Below are positions 25,163-34,199 of a DNA stretch of 46,031 bases, in pieces. Location of the stretch: the UHGV virus genome UHGV-2109381. One strand, given 5' to 3'. Position numbers and translations under genes: made by a program. The first letter of the stretch is position 1; every line of letters starts with the position of its first letter. This DNA is from a virus. Under the pieces are notes generated by a model. It worked only from the letters and a program-made list of their open reading frames with translations, was not told the DNA's origin and did not search any database.

Positions 25163-26715
25163 TGATTACAGCACAGGAAATCTTCAATCAGGCAAGAGAA
25201 GCCCACACCTCTGCGGCGCGCGTAGCCATTCATCATGGCATGACACCAAGCCACAACATGTGGCCGGAAATCAAGGAAGGGCAGGAGAAGGATGTAACAT
25301 ACTCGGAGATAGAGCTTACCAGCGACAACAGGAAAGACCTGATAACGCGCTACTCAGTTGCGGCGGCTAGGGCTGTGCAATTCCCAGTTAGCACGTCATT
25401 CATGCATTTGCTTGGCTGCGTAGCCAGTGCCATGACGCGAAATTTTAGCGTTGAATACTACGGTTCTGAATTGCCTGTTTCATTGTACGTAGTGACGTCG
25501 CAGCCGCCATCAGCTGGCAAGACAGCCATCAACTCAATGCACATGAACCCGATAAAAATTGAGTATGACAACCTGTCAAAAAAGATGGAGAAGGAAATTG
25601 TAAAGATAAACATTCGCATTGAAGACCTGATGAAGGCTTACAAGGAGGCAACTAACCAGAACGCGAAGGCCATCATTGGAGATGATATCGCGAAAGAGAA
25701 GGAAAAACTGGAAAGTCTTTACACCATCACCTACCCGTTAACCGATGCAACACCAGAAGCGGTGCAGCACCAGGCAATTCATGAGGGTGGTTTTTTCAAC
25801 CTGATAAGTGATGAGGCAAGCGTTTTAAATACCTGCCTTGGACTTTCGTATGGCAAGGATGGAGGAAAGTCTAACGCCGAAGTCATCCTTAAAGGCTGGG
25901 ATGGCGGGTTTGTTGGTTCAGCTCGCGTTGGTCGTGGTGTTTCATCTGGCTATGTGCTTGGTAACATCAGCGTCATTGCACAGGACGAAAGTATTGATGC
26001 CATTCTTTCCGCTGGCGACAGGGGTAATGGATTGTCAGAGCGATTCCTGATGCTTCGTGAGCAGTCGATGTTGGGTTATCGTGAGCATTGGGATGTTGAA
26101 AATGATTGCCCGGTAAGTAAGCCAATGCCTAAAGAACTAAAGGCAGAATATGCCAGATTTGTGCATAACCTTGTGGCTTCTGAGAAGGTTGTTTTCTCCC
26201 TCGCTAAAGAATCGCAGCGTATGATTGGGCTCTTACGAAACCAGTGGGAAAAGAATTTCCTGCCAGGTGGTAAATGGGATCACGTTTTGCTTCGTGGCGC
26301 CATGGGTAAGGCTGACAAACAGATAATCAGGCTTTCGGCAATATTCCATGCCGCTGAAAACTGGTGCGATGGCGGTCGTCGCTCAAAAATTATTGGTGAG
26401 GAGCATATAAGCCGTGCCATAAGCGTTTATGATGCACTAACAAAAACATTTACCGATGCCGTTGAGTCAAATGGATACGCTGGCGAGAAATCAGAAATTG
26501 ATGTCGTTGCTGAAAAATTGCGCACGGCTGCGCAAAAAGGAAAGACAAATGTCACAGTGAAATGGTTGTATGATTCACTAAAAAACGTTAGACCATTCAA
26601 AGGCATACCGCATATTTATGACAGACTCAAGTCAAGCGTTTTGCCTTCTCTTGAAGAGGATGGATATTGCGTATTCCTCAATAATACTGTTTACCTGAAT
26701 CCGAGGCTTAAATGA
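25159..26715 (+). CDS. P-loop ATPase, putative replicative helicase/primase-associated NTPase.
   Basis: Walker A VVTSQPPSAGKTAINS. 518 aa. AAGGA SD. It precedes the primase-like gene. Confidence 0.45.
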   Translation: MMITAQEIFNQAREAHTSAARVAIHHGMTPSHNMWPEIKEGQEKDVTYSEIELTSDNRKDLITRYSVAAARAVQFPVSTSFMHLLGCVASAMTRNFSVEYYGSELPVSLYVVTSQPPSAGKTAINSMHMNPIKIEYDNLSKKMEKEIVKINIRIEDLMKAYKEATNQNAKAIIGDDIAKEKEKLESLYTITYPLTDATPEAVQHQAIHEGGFFNLISDEASVLNTCLGLSYGKDGGKSNAEVILKGWDGGFVGSARVGRGVSSGYVLGNISVIAQDESIDAILSAGDRGNGLSERFLMLREQSMLGYREHWDVENDCPVSKPMPKELKAEYARFVHNLVASEKVVFSLAKESQRMIGLLRNQWEKNFLPGGKWDHVLLRGAMGKADKQIIRLSAIFHAAENWCDGGRRSKIIGEEHISRAISVYDALTKTFTDAVESNGYAGEKSEIDVVAEKLRTAAQKGKTNVTVKWLYDSLKNVRPFKGIPHIYDRLKSSVLPSLEEDGYCVFLNNTVYLNPRLK

Positions 26716-26903
26716 TGAAGATAAAAGGTTACTTAGTAAGGTCAGAAGGCGCATATCATTTTAGGCCTTATGGTTGGAGTGTTTGGTTTTTCTGGAGTAA
26801 ATTGCACGGCTGCTGGTTAATATCAAACTATCATGTTATTGCCAGTTACTGGCATCGACATCTTCATGCAAGTGTTGATATAAATAGACTGATGATACGA
26901 TAA
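26712..26903 (+). CDS. Hypothetical Trp-rich small protein.
   Basis: 63 aa. ATGA overlap with the upstream gene. Weak call. Confidence 0.25.
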   Translation: MMKIKGYLVRSEGAYHFRPYGWSVWFFWSKLHGCWLISNYHVIASYWHRHLHASVDINRLMIR

Positions 26904-26936
26904 CAAAAACCCTCCATCAGGAGGGTTTGTTTTTTA
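26904..26936. terminator. Bidirectional terminator between the plus operon and the convergent primase gene.
   Basis: aaaaaccctccatcaggagggtttgtttttta. Confidence 0.7.
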
Positions 26937-27843
26937 GTGCTTCAAATAGCTCTTCTGGTTTATACAGCCTTTTTCTGATGGCGCCGCTGTAACGGATATC
27001 CTGGCCATCATCAGTAATCAGTATCGGAAGACCTGCATTCTCGGCGGCGCATACCTCATCGAAATTATTATTAATGATGCAGCGTAGTTTGGATCGCTGC
27101 TCATCGCTCACATTGCGTACAACTTCCCACATATTCTCAGGCGACCAGCAACACCAGACATGTGCGCCAGTAAGCCGGTGTGCTCGCCAGGCATCGAAGT
27201 AATCCGCAACCAGGTATGTCCATTCCGTCTTATAGCCGATGGGTGTCACTGCGCCTCGCGTAAGTCTTCCGCGAGTGTACTCATGGCTGAAACCCGCGCG
27301 AAATGACACGCCTTCATCGTCAGCAATGAATGCCACATTGCATGGCGTCATGGTTCCAGCCATATAGAGCGGTATCGCCACCAGTTCACCAGTTTTACCG
27401 GTTATGGTGTCACCTCCTGCTTTTTCCATTATGGCCGCCACTTCTGCCTCTGTCAGGTAGTCAGAAGCACGGTTGACCTTCGGAAGTTGCTTTCTAATCG
27501 CCTCAAGTTTTTCGCGTGGGTGCATGTTTAGAAATCCGGCCAGTGCCTCCATTGACTCTGGAAACGTCATTCCTGACAGCTTCATTAGCCAGGTGATGCC
27601 GCTGCCGTTTCCGCACTGGTTGCAGATGGCGCCGCCGTCGCCTTTGTAGTCTAAGTGGTCATCGAATCTAAACCTGTCCTTGCCAGCGCAACTTGGGCAT
27701 GGCTGATGTTTACCATTGAAAATTCTCACGTCGACATTTACTATCGACATGATGGCAGCCTGCCAGTTGCCTACCATTAAAGGCTCTATATCCTTCCAGT
27801 CGTATCGCATAATTTCTTCCAGTTGACTATGATGTAGATTCAT
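26917..27843 (-). CDS. DNA primase-like protein carrying a primase-helicase-type zinc ribbon.
   Basis: CPSCAGKDRFRFDDHLDYKGDGGAICNQCG is a Prim-Zn-ribbon-like motif. 308 aa. It is encoded opposite to the surrounding operon. Confidence 0.45.
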   Translation of the reverse strand: MNLHHSQLEEIMRYDWKDIEPLMVGNWQAAIMSIVNVDVRIFNGKHQPCPSCAGKDRFRFDDHLDYKGDGGAICNQCGNGSGITWLMKLSGMTFPESMEALAGFLNMHPREKLEAIRKQLPKVNRASDYLTEAEVAAIMEKAGGDTITGKTGELVAIPLYMAGTMTPCNVAFIADDEGVSFRAGFSHEYTRGRLTRGAVTPIGYKTEWTYLVADYFDAWRAHRLTGAHVWCCWSPENMWEVVRNVSDEQRSKLRCIINNNFDEVCAAENAGLPILITDDGQDIRYSGAIRKRLYKPEELFEALKNKPS

Positions 27844-27851
27844 TGTAATTT
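27823..27851 (+). promoter_or_regulatory. Promoter with the GTAGATT motif, upstream of the HNH copy-1 locus. It overlaps the primase 5' end.
   Basis: TTGACTatgatGTAGATTcattgTAATTT, with a 17-nt spacer. Confidence 0.45.
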
Positions 27852-27917
27852 ACTCACATGAAACGCGCAAGCGTTCTTGACATGAAACGCAACTGAGTTT
27901 AATATTGAGGTTAACAA

Positions 27918-28070
27918 ATGGCTATCACATTGAAGAAGTGCAAACACTGCGGGAGAGAATTTCATGGAACATCAAGAGCTGAGTTCTGCTGCTCGGGGTG
28001 CAGACTTAAAAACTTCAGGGAAGAAAGAAAAGCTAAAGGTTTCACAGGAAAGTCTGATGGAGGTTCTTGA
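27918..28070 (+). CDS. Cys-rich mini-ORF (CxxC...CxxGC zinc-ribbon-like, 50 aa) upstream of and overlapping HNH copy 1.
   Basis: MAITLKKCKHCGREFHG..FCCSGCRLKNFRE. GAGGTTAAC SD. It ends GGU UCU UGA, and the +1 frame at that point reads LDYSPDTG... of the HNH ORF. Confidence 0.4.
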   Translation: MAITLKKCKHCGREFHGTSRAEFCCSGCRLKNFREERKAKGFTGKSDGGS

Positions 28071-28530
28071 TTACAGTCCTGACACCGGGGTGTTTAACTG
28101 GATTAATGGCAACTTAAGAAATGTCAAGCCAGGAGATATTGCTGGATATAAAAATTCACGTGGGTACATAAAAATAAGGGTTTGGTCAAGGCTGTTTTTC
28201 GCGCATAGATTGGCGTGGATTTATGTTTATGGAGAAGATATCGATGGGCATGAAATAGACCATATAAATGGTGATAAGTCAGACAATAGAATTTGCAACC
28301 TTAGAATTTCCAGTCATCAACAAAACATGTTCAACATGAAAAAGAAATCAACAAATAAATCTGGTGTAAAAGGCGTGCATTTCGACAAAAGATGCAATAA
28401 ATGGAGAGCCCAGACATCAATAAACAAAAAGAGGGTTCATATTGGATTGTTTAATACCATAGAATCGGCAGAAAATGCTATTCGTGAATTCATGGTAGCC
28501 AACCATAAAGAGTTTATTAATTTAGGGTGA
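27964..28530 (+). CDS. HNH-AP2 homing endonuclease, copy 1 (intact).
   Basis: HNH region FFAHRLAWIYVYGEDIDGHEIDHINGDKSDNRICNLR. AP2 region SGVKGVHFDKRCNKWRAQTSINKKRVHIGLF. Possible starts are 27964 (GGGAGAG SD) or 28057 (AGGAAAG SD). Confidence 0.8.
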   Translation: MEHQELSSAARGADLKTSGKKEKLKVSQESLMEVLDYSPDTGVFNWINGNLRNVKPGDIAGYKNSRGYIKIRVWSRLFFAHRLAWIYVYGEDIDGHEIDHINGDKSDNRICNLRISSHQQNMFNMKKKSTNKSGVKGVHFDKRCNKWRAQTSINKKRVHIGLFNTIESAENAIREFMVANHKEFINLG

Positions 28531-28533
28531 ATT

Positions 28534-30447
28534 ATGCACAAGATAGATAAAATGATTGCAGAACTTGATATAGATAAACTGAAGCAATCAATAAAACCAG
28601 GACTTATCGAGCCATATGATTATCAGTGGCTGGTATACGCAAAGTGCGCAGAGGTTATTCGTAATTTTGGCAAAGACCCCAAGCCTAGCTACGTAACAGC
28701 GTCAGTTTCATCAGGTAAGACGGTAATGATTTCCATGCTGTGCAGTCGATTCCAGGATATGGGGTGGGAAGGTCTGGTAATAGCTAGACAGTCTGAGATT
28801 ATCGACCAGGATGCAAGTGAGCTTTGGAATTTTGGAGTTAAGAACTCACTTTATAGTGCATCGCTAGGCAGAAAGAGCACTGCTTACCCAATAATCTGCG
28901 CCACAGAGGGAACAATTATAAATGCTCTTTTTGACAAGAAAGATGAATCTGGTGAGGTTATTAAAAAATCAGACCTTTCAGATTACACGCCTAGATTCTG
29001 CCTGTGCGATGAGGGACACCAGGTTCCGTGGCAGGACGTCGTAAGTGACAACCCAACAACTCAGTATGGAGTAATACTTACTGAGCTTAACAGGCGCTGC
29101 AAAGCAAAGTATGGACACGACATGATCACCATCGCTTTCACCGGAAGCCCTTTCCGTGGCACTGAGTCAATGAAGGGTGCCTACTGGAAGCATGAAATAA
29201 TAAACATTGACACAAAGTACATGGTAGATCGCGGATTCGTTGTGCCAACAATCTTTGGTCTTCATGATGTAGATGATTTACAGTATGACCTTTCTGATTT
29301 TCACGGCTCAGATGTTGACGGAACTCAAGACTTTACCGCTGAGCAACTCAAGCAGATGCAGAAAGAAATATTAGAACAGGGTACTCTCACGCAAAAAATA
29401 ATGATGAAGGTCATGGAGCTTACGAAAGACCGCAATGGGGTATTGATTACATGTGCAGGCAAAAAGCACTGTTTAGAAGCTGCAAAATATTTACCAGAGG
29501 GGAGTTATGCGATAGTAACTGAAGATATGGGCATGAAAGCTCGCCGGAAGGCTCTAAAAGATGCCTATACCGGAAAAATAAAATACACATTCCAAATTGC
29601 GGCGTTAACAACAGGTGTAAACATACCTTTGTGGGATGTAAGTGTGATATTGCGAAAAATAATGTCACTTACCCTTCTCGTCCAGCTTCTTGGTCGCGGG
29701 ATGCGCTTGCTGAAGAAAGAGCAAATTGATGCCGGGTATCATAAAGAAGACCATCTGGTTCTGGATTTCTCAGGCACGATGTTTGAGCTTGGTCAGCTGT
29801 ATGAAGACCCAATTCTGGAAGAAGCCGAAGCGCAACGCTCAAAACGCAGCGGTGAACAGGTTCCGTGTCCTAAGTGCGGAACAATGAACAGCCCATATGC
29901 ACGGCGCTGCATCGGTAAGGATGCAACATCGCCAGATGGTCGTTGCGAAGAGTTTTTCAGCTTCATTCGCTGTGGTTTCGACAAGCACGGCATCCGTATT
30001 TTTGATGATGGCTGTGGAACAAAAAACGACCCAACAGCTCGTTATTGCCGTCAATGCGATCACGTTTTGCGCGACCCTAATGCAGCGCTGAATGAACGGG
30101 CATACACTGATAAAGAATGGACTGATGTAAAGGATTTCAAGATTGAGCTAACGAAAGATGAGAAGGGTGTTGTTTATCGTTATTTCATCACGAAAGAAAA
30201 CGGCAAAGATGGCTGGGCCAACGAGGTATTCTATCCATTCGGAAGGCAGGAGAAGTACCTGAAAAATCAGTTTAAGATTAAAGGATTACTAAACCATGTG
30301 TCAGACAGGAATCTGATTGATAACCTCATGAATTGCCACAGCGCAAAAGCATTCATGGCGTTCACTGGCCTTATCCGCGCGCCTAAACGCATCACGCATC
30401 GTTTTAACGATAAAGGCCGAGACATAATCCACAGAAAAGAATTTTAA
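28534..30447 (+). CDS. Superfamily-2 DNA helicase with C-terminal zinc-ribbon insertions.
   Basis: Walker A SVSSGKTVM. Motif II CDEGHQ. Motif VI QLLGRGMR. Four CxxC pairs: CPKCG..RRCIG, RCEEF..RCGF, CGTKN..CRQCD. Confidence 0.8.
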   Translation: MHKIDKMIAELDIDKLKQSIKPGLIEPYDYQWLVYAKCAEVIRNFGKDPKPSYVTASVSSGKTVMISMLCSRFQDMGWEGLVIARQSEIIDQDASELWNFGVKNSLYSASLGRKSTAYPIICATEGTIINALFDKKDESGEVIKKSDLSDYTPRFCLCDEGHQVPWQDVVSDNPTTQYGVILTELNRRCKAKYGHDMITIAFTGSPFRGTESMKGAYWKHEIINIDTKYMVDRGFVVPTIFGLHDVDDLQYDLSDFHGSDVDGTQDFTAEQLKQMQKEILEQGTLTQKIMMKVMELTKDRNGVLITCAGKKHCLEAAKYLPEGSYAIVTEDMGMKARRKALKDAYTGKIKYTFQIAALTTGVNIPLWDVSVILRKIMSLTLLVQLLGRGMRLLKKEQIDAGYHKEDHLVLDFSGTMFELGQLYEDPILEEAEAQRSKRSGEQVPCPKCGTMNSPYARRCIGKDATSPDGRCEEFFSFIRCGFDKHGIRIFDDGCGTKNDPTARYCRQCDHVLRDPNAALNERAYTDKEWTDVKDFKIELTKDEKGVVYRYFITKENGKDGWANEVFYPFGRQEKYLKNQFKIKGLLNHVSDRNLIDNLMNCHSAKAFMAFTGLIRAPKRITHRFNDKGRDIIHRKEF

Positions 30448-30457
30448 GGAGAAAAAA

Positions 30458-30883
30458 TTGAAGCAGCTTGATAGTGGACTATGGGTATTTGATAGCGGTT
30501 ATCGCGGGGAGTGTCCAAGGGAGGAAACTGACCAGATGGCCTATGGTCTGTGGATGCAATACCGTTTTCCTGATGCTCTATGGTTTCATGTTCCTAACGA
30601 GACTGGAACAAAGAGTGGGCCGCAATTCGTCGAAAAACGCCGCAAAATGGGCGTCAGGAGCGGAGTAAGCGACAATGTGATACTAACTCACGGCATTAAT
30701 CATAAATGCGGCCTGATTGAACTGAAGAGGCGTGATAAGACAAAATCAAAAGTATCGTCATCGCAGATTGAGGTTCTGGAGTGCGCCATTGCAGAAGGTC
30801 ACTTTAGCGCCATTGCTTATGGCCTTGAGGAGATAAAAAGAGCGACTCTTTTCTACTTTGGCTTGCCTTTGGATGTGGATTGA
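30458..30883 (+). CDS. VRR-NUC domain nuclease.
   Basis: The motif order ...GVSDNVILTHGINHKCGLIELKRRDKTKSKVSSSQIEVLE fits VRR-NUC (D..E.K). TTG start with an AAGGAG SD. An ATG alternative lies 84 nt downstream. Confidence 0.55.
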   Translation: MKQLDSGLWVFDSGYRGECPREETDQMAYGLWMQYRFPDALWFHVPNETGTKSGPQFVEKRRKMGVRSGVSDNVILTHGINHKCGLIELKRRDKTKSKVSSSQIEVLECAIAEGHFSAIAYGLEEIKRATLFYFGLPLDVD

Positions 30884-30951
30884 TGCATTGTTAGTAACAG
30901 GTAAAAGTTACTTGCAATGTAACGCTGAATGATTACAATAGAGGGTAAGAA

Positions 30952-31554
30952 ATGGCTATCACCGTTAAGAAATGCGAGGTTTGCGGAAATGAGTTCATCG
31001 GAACTGCAAAAGCAAAATTCTGCTCTGGGAGATGTAGAGTCAAAAACCACAGGAAAAACAAAAAGAATACCTCTTGATGTCGTTTTGCATAACTTAACTT
31101 ACAACCATGAAACAGGACTTTTCTTCAGAAATAAGACTGGTGGAGGAGTCAAGAAAGGAAGTGTAGCTGGAAGGAAAAAGCATAACGGATATATAGAAAT
31201 AAGCATAAACAATACGAGATATTATGCGCATCGTCTTGCATGGCTCATGCATTACGGTTTCTGGCCTGAACACCAGATCGATCATATCAATGGTGTTCGT
31301 GATGACAACCGGATTAGTAACTTAAGAATTGCAACAAACATGCAGAACCAGTACAACGCGAAAAGCCAAAAAACAATACATCTGGAGTTAAAGGCGTTTA
31401 CTGGCATAAGCAATGCAAGAAATGGCAGGCATACTGCGATGTAAGCGGTAGAAGATACAGCATTGGGTTGTTCCATGATATTGAGAAAGCAAAGGTTGCT
31501 GTTATGAATTTTAGAGAAAAAATGCACAAAAATTTTTGCAACCACGGAGAGTGA
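30952..31554 (+). pseudogene. HNH-AP2 homing endonuclease, copy 2, split over three frames. A Cys-rich mini-ORF spans 30952..31077. The HNH body (track ORF 30929..31444) is in its +1 frame. The AP2 domain sits in a further frame to 31554 after an A6 run at 31368-31373.
   Basis: Mini-ORF MAITVKKCEVCGNEF..FCSGRCRVKNHRK ends UCU UGA. HNH region YYAHRLAWLMHYGFWPEHQIDHINGVRDDNRISNLR. The AP2 region SGVKGVYWHKQCKKWQAYCDVSGRRYSIGLF is readable only in a different frame. Confidence 0.6.
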
Positions 31555-32495
31555 TGATGAAAGTTTATTTAAATAACGAATTAAGCAATCAGGAATATCA
31601 TGCTGATACAGAGCATATTAATGGGTCTGGTCTCTGGAATATATTAGACCGCTGCCCGGCAGCGTGGCGCTATAAAGACGAAGAAGATGAGCAATCAAAG
31701 GCTCTTGTCTTCGGAACCGGTAGCCATACCGCACTGCTTGAGCCTGAGCGCTTCGAAGCCGAATATGCCCGCATGCCGACGAAAGAGGATTTTGGCGCTG
31801 AACTGCTTGTTACTGTGAGCGATATGAACTCATGGGCGAAAGAGCGCGGCATTAAGGGGCTTTCTGGCAAGACAAAGGCTGAGGTGATCAAAATCATACG
31901 CTCAACTGGAGAGCCAGTTAGAATCTATGATGAAGAGCGCCTGTTTGCTGAACTAAATGCAAAAGGAAGAATTTTGCTGGAAGGCGATGATTATGACGCC
32001 ATCATGCAGATGCGCGCTGTAATCCATGCAAACAGCTATTACAGCAGCCTGCTTTCTGGTGCTTATTCCGAGGTGTCAATTCTCGGTGAGTTGCTTGGCG
32101 AGTCATCCAAGGTGCGATTTGACTGCCTTACGCGCGGCGGTGATATCATCGACTACAAAACAGCAGTGAGCGCCAAGCCTGATGAGTTTTTTCGCCATGC
32201 TGCTCGATTCGGGTACTTTATGAAAATGGCAATGCAACACGATATGTTTGTCGAGGCTTATGGGCATGCACCTCGCTCGGTAAATCTTCTGGTGCAGGAG
32301 AAGAAATCGCCATTCATCCCTGCGTTGATTCGTCTGACTGATGAACAGTTACGCATTGGTCGCATTCAGCTGCGCAGCGCGATGGAAATCTATAAGGCAT
32401 GCAAAAAGGCTAGTTCATGGCCCGGTTACTCAATGGGTAATCCGGTCATCGAAATGGAAACGCCAGAATGGTTCAAAAAGCAATTTAACCTGTAA
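31554..32495 (+). CDS. PD-(D/E)XK exonuclease (lambda Exo/YqaJ-like), the recombination partner of ERF.
   Basis: Motif GDIIDYKT (D..D-x-K). It precedes the ERF gene. ATGATG start with a GGAGAG SD. The track ORF begins at 31536. Confidence 0.5.
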   Translation: MMKVYLNNELSNQEYHADTEHINGSGLWNILDRCPAAWRYKDEEDEQSKALVFGTGSHTALLEPERFEAEYARMPTKEDFGAELLVTVSDMNSWAKERGIKGLSGKTKAEVIKIIRSTGEPVRIYDEERLFAELNAKGRILLEGDDYDAIMQMRAVIHANSYYSSLLSGAYSEVSILGELLGESSKVRFDCLTRGGDIIDYKTAVSAKPDEFFRHAARFGYFMKMAMQHDMFVEAYGHAPRSVNLLVQEKKSPFIPALIRLTDEQLRIGRIQLRSAMEIYKACKKASSWPGYSMGNPVIEMETPEWFKKQFNL

Positions 32496-32518
32496 TTTAT
32501 AGTAAATGAGGTGAAGTG

Positions 32519-33178
32519 ATGAGATTTTCAGAACAGAAAGCAAACCTGATTAAGGCTCTGGTAGGGGCTCGCAAGGTAATGAGTAGCAGCGCCAAAAAGA
32601 ACGCGCAAAACCCGCACCTTAAAAGCAACTACGCCAACCTTGAGTCATTCCTGAATGCCATCAGACCAGCGCTTGAGGCCAACGGTCTTATCATCATCCA
32701 GAACGCCATTGAGAGCGATGCGGTTGATGTTTTGAAGCTGGAAACAACAATCATGCATGAGTCTGGCGAATACATGTCTTCGGTCATGCCAATGCCAGTT
32801 GCCAAGAAAGATGCTCAGGGTTACGGCTCCGCAATGACGTATGCGCGCCGCTACTCTATTGCGTCCATGTTCGGTATTGCGCAGGCTGATGACGATGGCA
32901 ATGCCGCGCGGAAGTCTCCTAAAGATGCAGCCGCACTCATTCGTTCAGCAGCAAACATGGATGAGCTTACTGCCATTTATGGTGAAGAATACAAATCATT
33001 TCGTGGTGATGATGCTGCCACTCGCGTAATCGTCGGAGCATACCAGGAAATGAAAGCGAAATTCATTGCTGGCGGCAGTGATTTCAACCCGGCCAAACTC
33101 CAGAAAGCAGAGGCGCCTGCGTCATCTGCAAACGAAGAGAAGCCATCAACATCTCAACAGAACATCGAAAACTTTTAA
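32519..33178 (+). CDS. ERF-family single-strand annealing protein.
   Basis: YANLESFLNAIRPALEANGL...TYARRYSIASMFGI matches the ERF pattern. GAGGTG SD. The track start at 32516 is a GTG. Confidence 0.6.
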   Translation: MRFSEQKANLIKALVGARKVMSSSAKKNAQNPHLKSNYANLESFLNAIRPALEANGLIIIQNAIESDAVDVLKLETTIMHESGEYMSSVMPMPVAKKDAQGYGSAMTYARRYSIASMFGIAQADDDGNAARKSPKDAAALIRSAANMDELTAIYGEEYKSFRGDDAATRVIVGAYQEMKAKFIAGGSDFNPAKLQKAEAPASSANEEKPSTSQQNIENF

Positions 33179-33187
33179 GGGTAAATT

Positions 33188-33691
33188 ATGGCCTCTCGCG
33201 GAATCAACAAAGTAATCATTTTGGGCACTCTTGGACAAGACCCGGAAGTTAAATATATGCCATCTGGCGGCGCTGTGTGCAATCTTTCTCTGGCAACATC
33301 AGAACAGTGGAATGACAAGGCCACAGGTGAAAAGAAAGAGCAAACTGAATGGCATCGCATTGTTATCTTCGGAAAGCTGGCAGAGGTGGCTGGCGAATAC
33401 CTGCGCAAAGGCTCTCAGGTATACATAGAGGGTAAATTACGCACTCGAAAATGGACAGATCAAAGCGGTGTTGAAAAATACACTACTGAAATTGTCTTGC
33501 AGCCGATGAACGGCGTTATGCAAATGATTGGTGGTAAATCAAGTGATAATGGAAACCAACAATCACAGCAGCGACAACAATCAGGAAGCAATCAGCAGTC
33601 AGGATGGGGTAAGCCTCAGCGACCATCAAGCACACAAAAAACACCGGCAAACGAGCCGCCGATGGATTTTGACGATGATATTCCGTTTTGA
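33188..33691 (+). CDS. ssb: Single-stranded DNA-binding protein (SSB).
   Basis: OB-fold N-terminus [30 protein letters not shown]...[12 protein letters not shown]. Gly/Gln-rich linker. Acidic tail DFDDDIPF. Confidence 0.9.
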   Translation: MASRGINKVIILGTLGQDPEVKYMPSGGAVCNLSLATSEQWNDKATGEKKEQTEWHRIVIFGKLAEVAGEYLRKGSQVYIEGKLRTRKWTDQSGVEKYTTEIVLQPMNGVMQMIGGKSSDNGNQQSQQRQQSGSNQQSGWGKPQRPSSTQKTPANEPPMDFDDDIPF

Positions 33692-33998
33692 GTTTTCAAA
33701 AAACAACATAAGGTATATGACTATGAAAGATGAACATGGTGTTGATGTAATTTTAGGCAATCCGTAATTATACATATACGGATTGCCAGGGCCTGATACA
33801 ACACTAGTTATCGCAAAGGAATTCAAAAATGATAAAGTTTTATGTTTCGATGTTTATTCAGAGTTTGATATTGAATTAGACCCCTGGAAATTTTTCCAGC
33901 GCAAAAAGACCGTATAGAAATGGAACGAAATGCGCAAGGTGCTAGATTTTTGCGTAAATTTAGCATTAATGCTAAATCATAATGCAAAAATTTAAAAT

Positions 33999-34020
33999 AA
34001 AAGGGGCGTAAGCCCCTTAA
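33999..34020. terminator. Bidirectional terminator between the early-right operon and the tail operon.
   Basis: aaaataaaaggggcgtaagccccttaaactatttt. Confidence 0.65.
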
Positions 34021-34190
34021 ACTATTTTAAATGTCAATTCTTCTTTGTCAGAAAACCCATTGTTCATTAAGTAATCTAACACATAATCTTGTTTTTCAAT
34101 TTCGTCGGAAAACGATGAGCCGCCATCATCTATTTCCACTGTAACCGGAAGAGCGTCAGTTGTCATAAACCACACATTTACTTTTAACAT
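34017..34190 (-). CDS. Small acidic 57-aa protein downstream of the tail fibre gene, possibly a fibre assembly factor.
   Basis: GAGGTG SD 5 nt before the ATG at 34190. It ends inside the terminator hairpin. Not in the ORF track. Confidence 0.4.
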   Translation of the reverse strand: MLKVNVWFMTTDALPVTVEIDDGGSSFSDEIEKQDYVLDYLMNNGFSDKEELTFKIV

Positions 34191-34199
34191 TTAACACCT

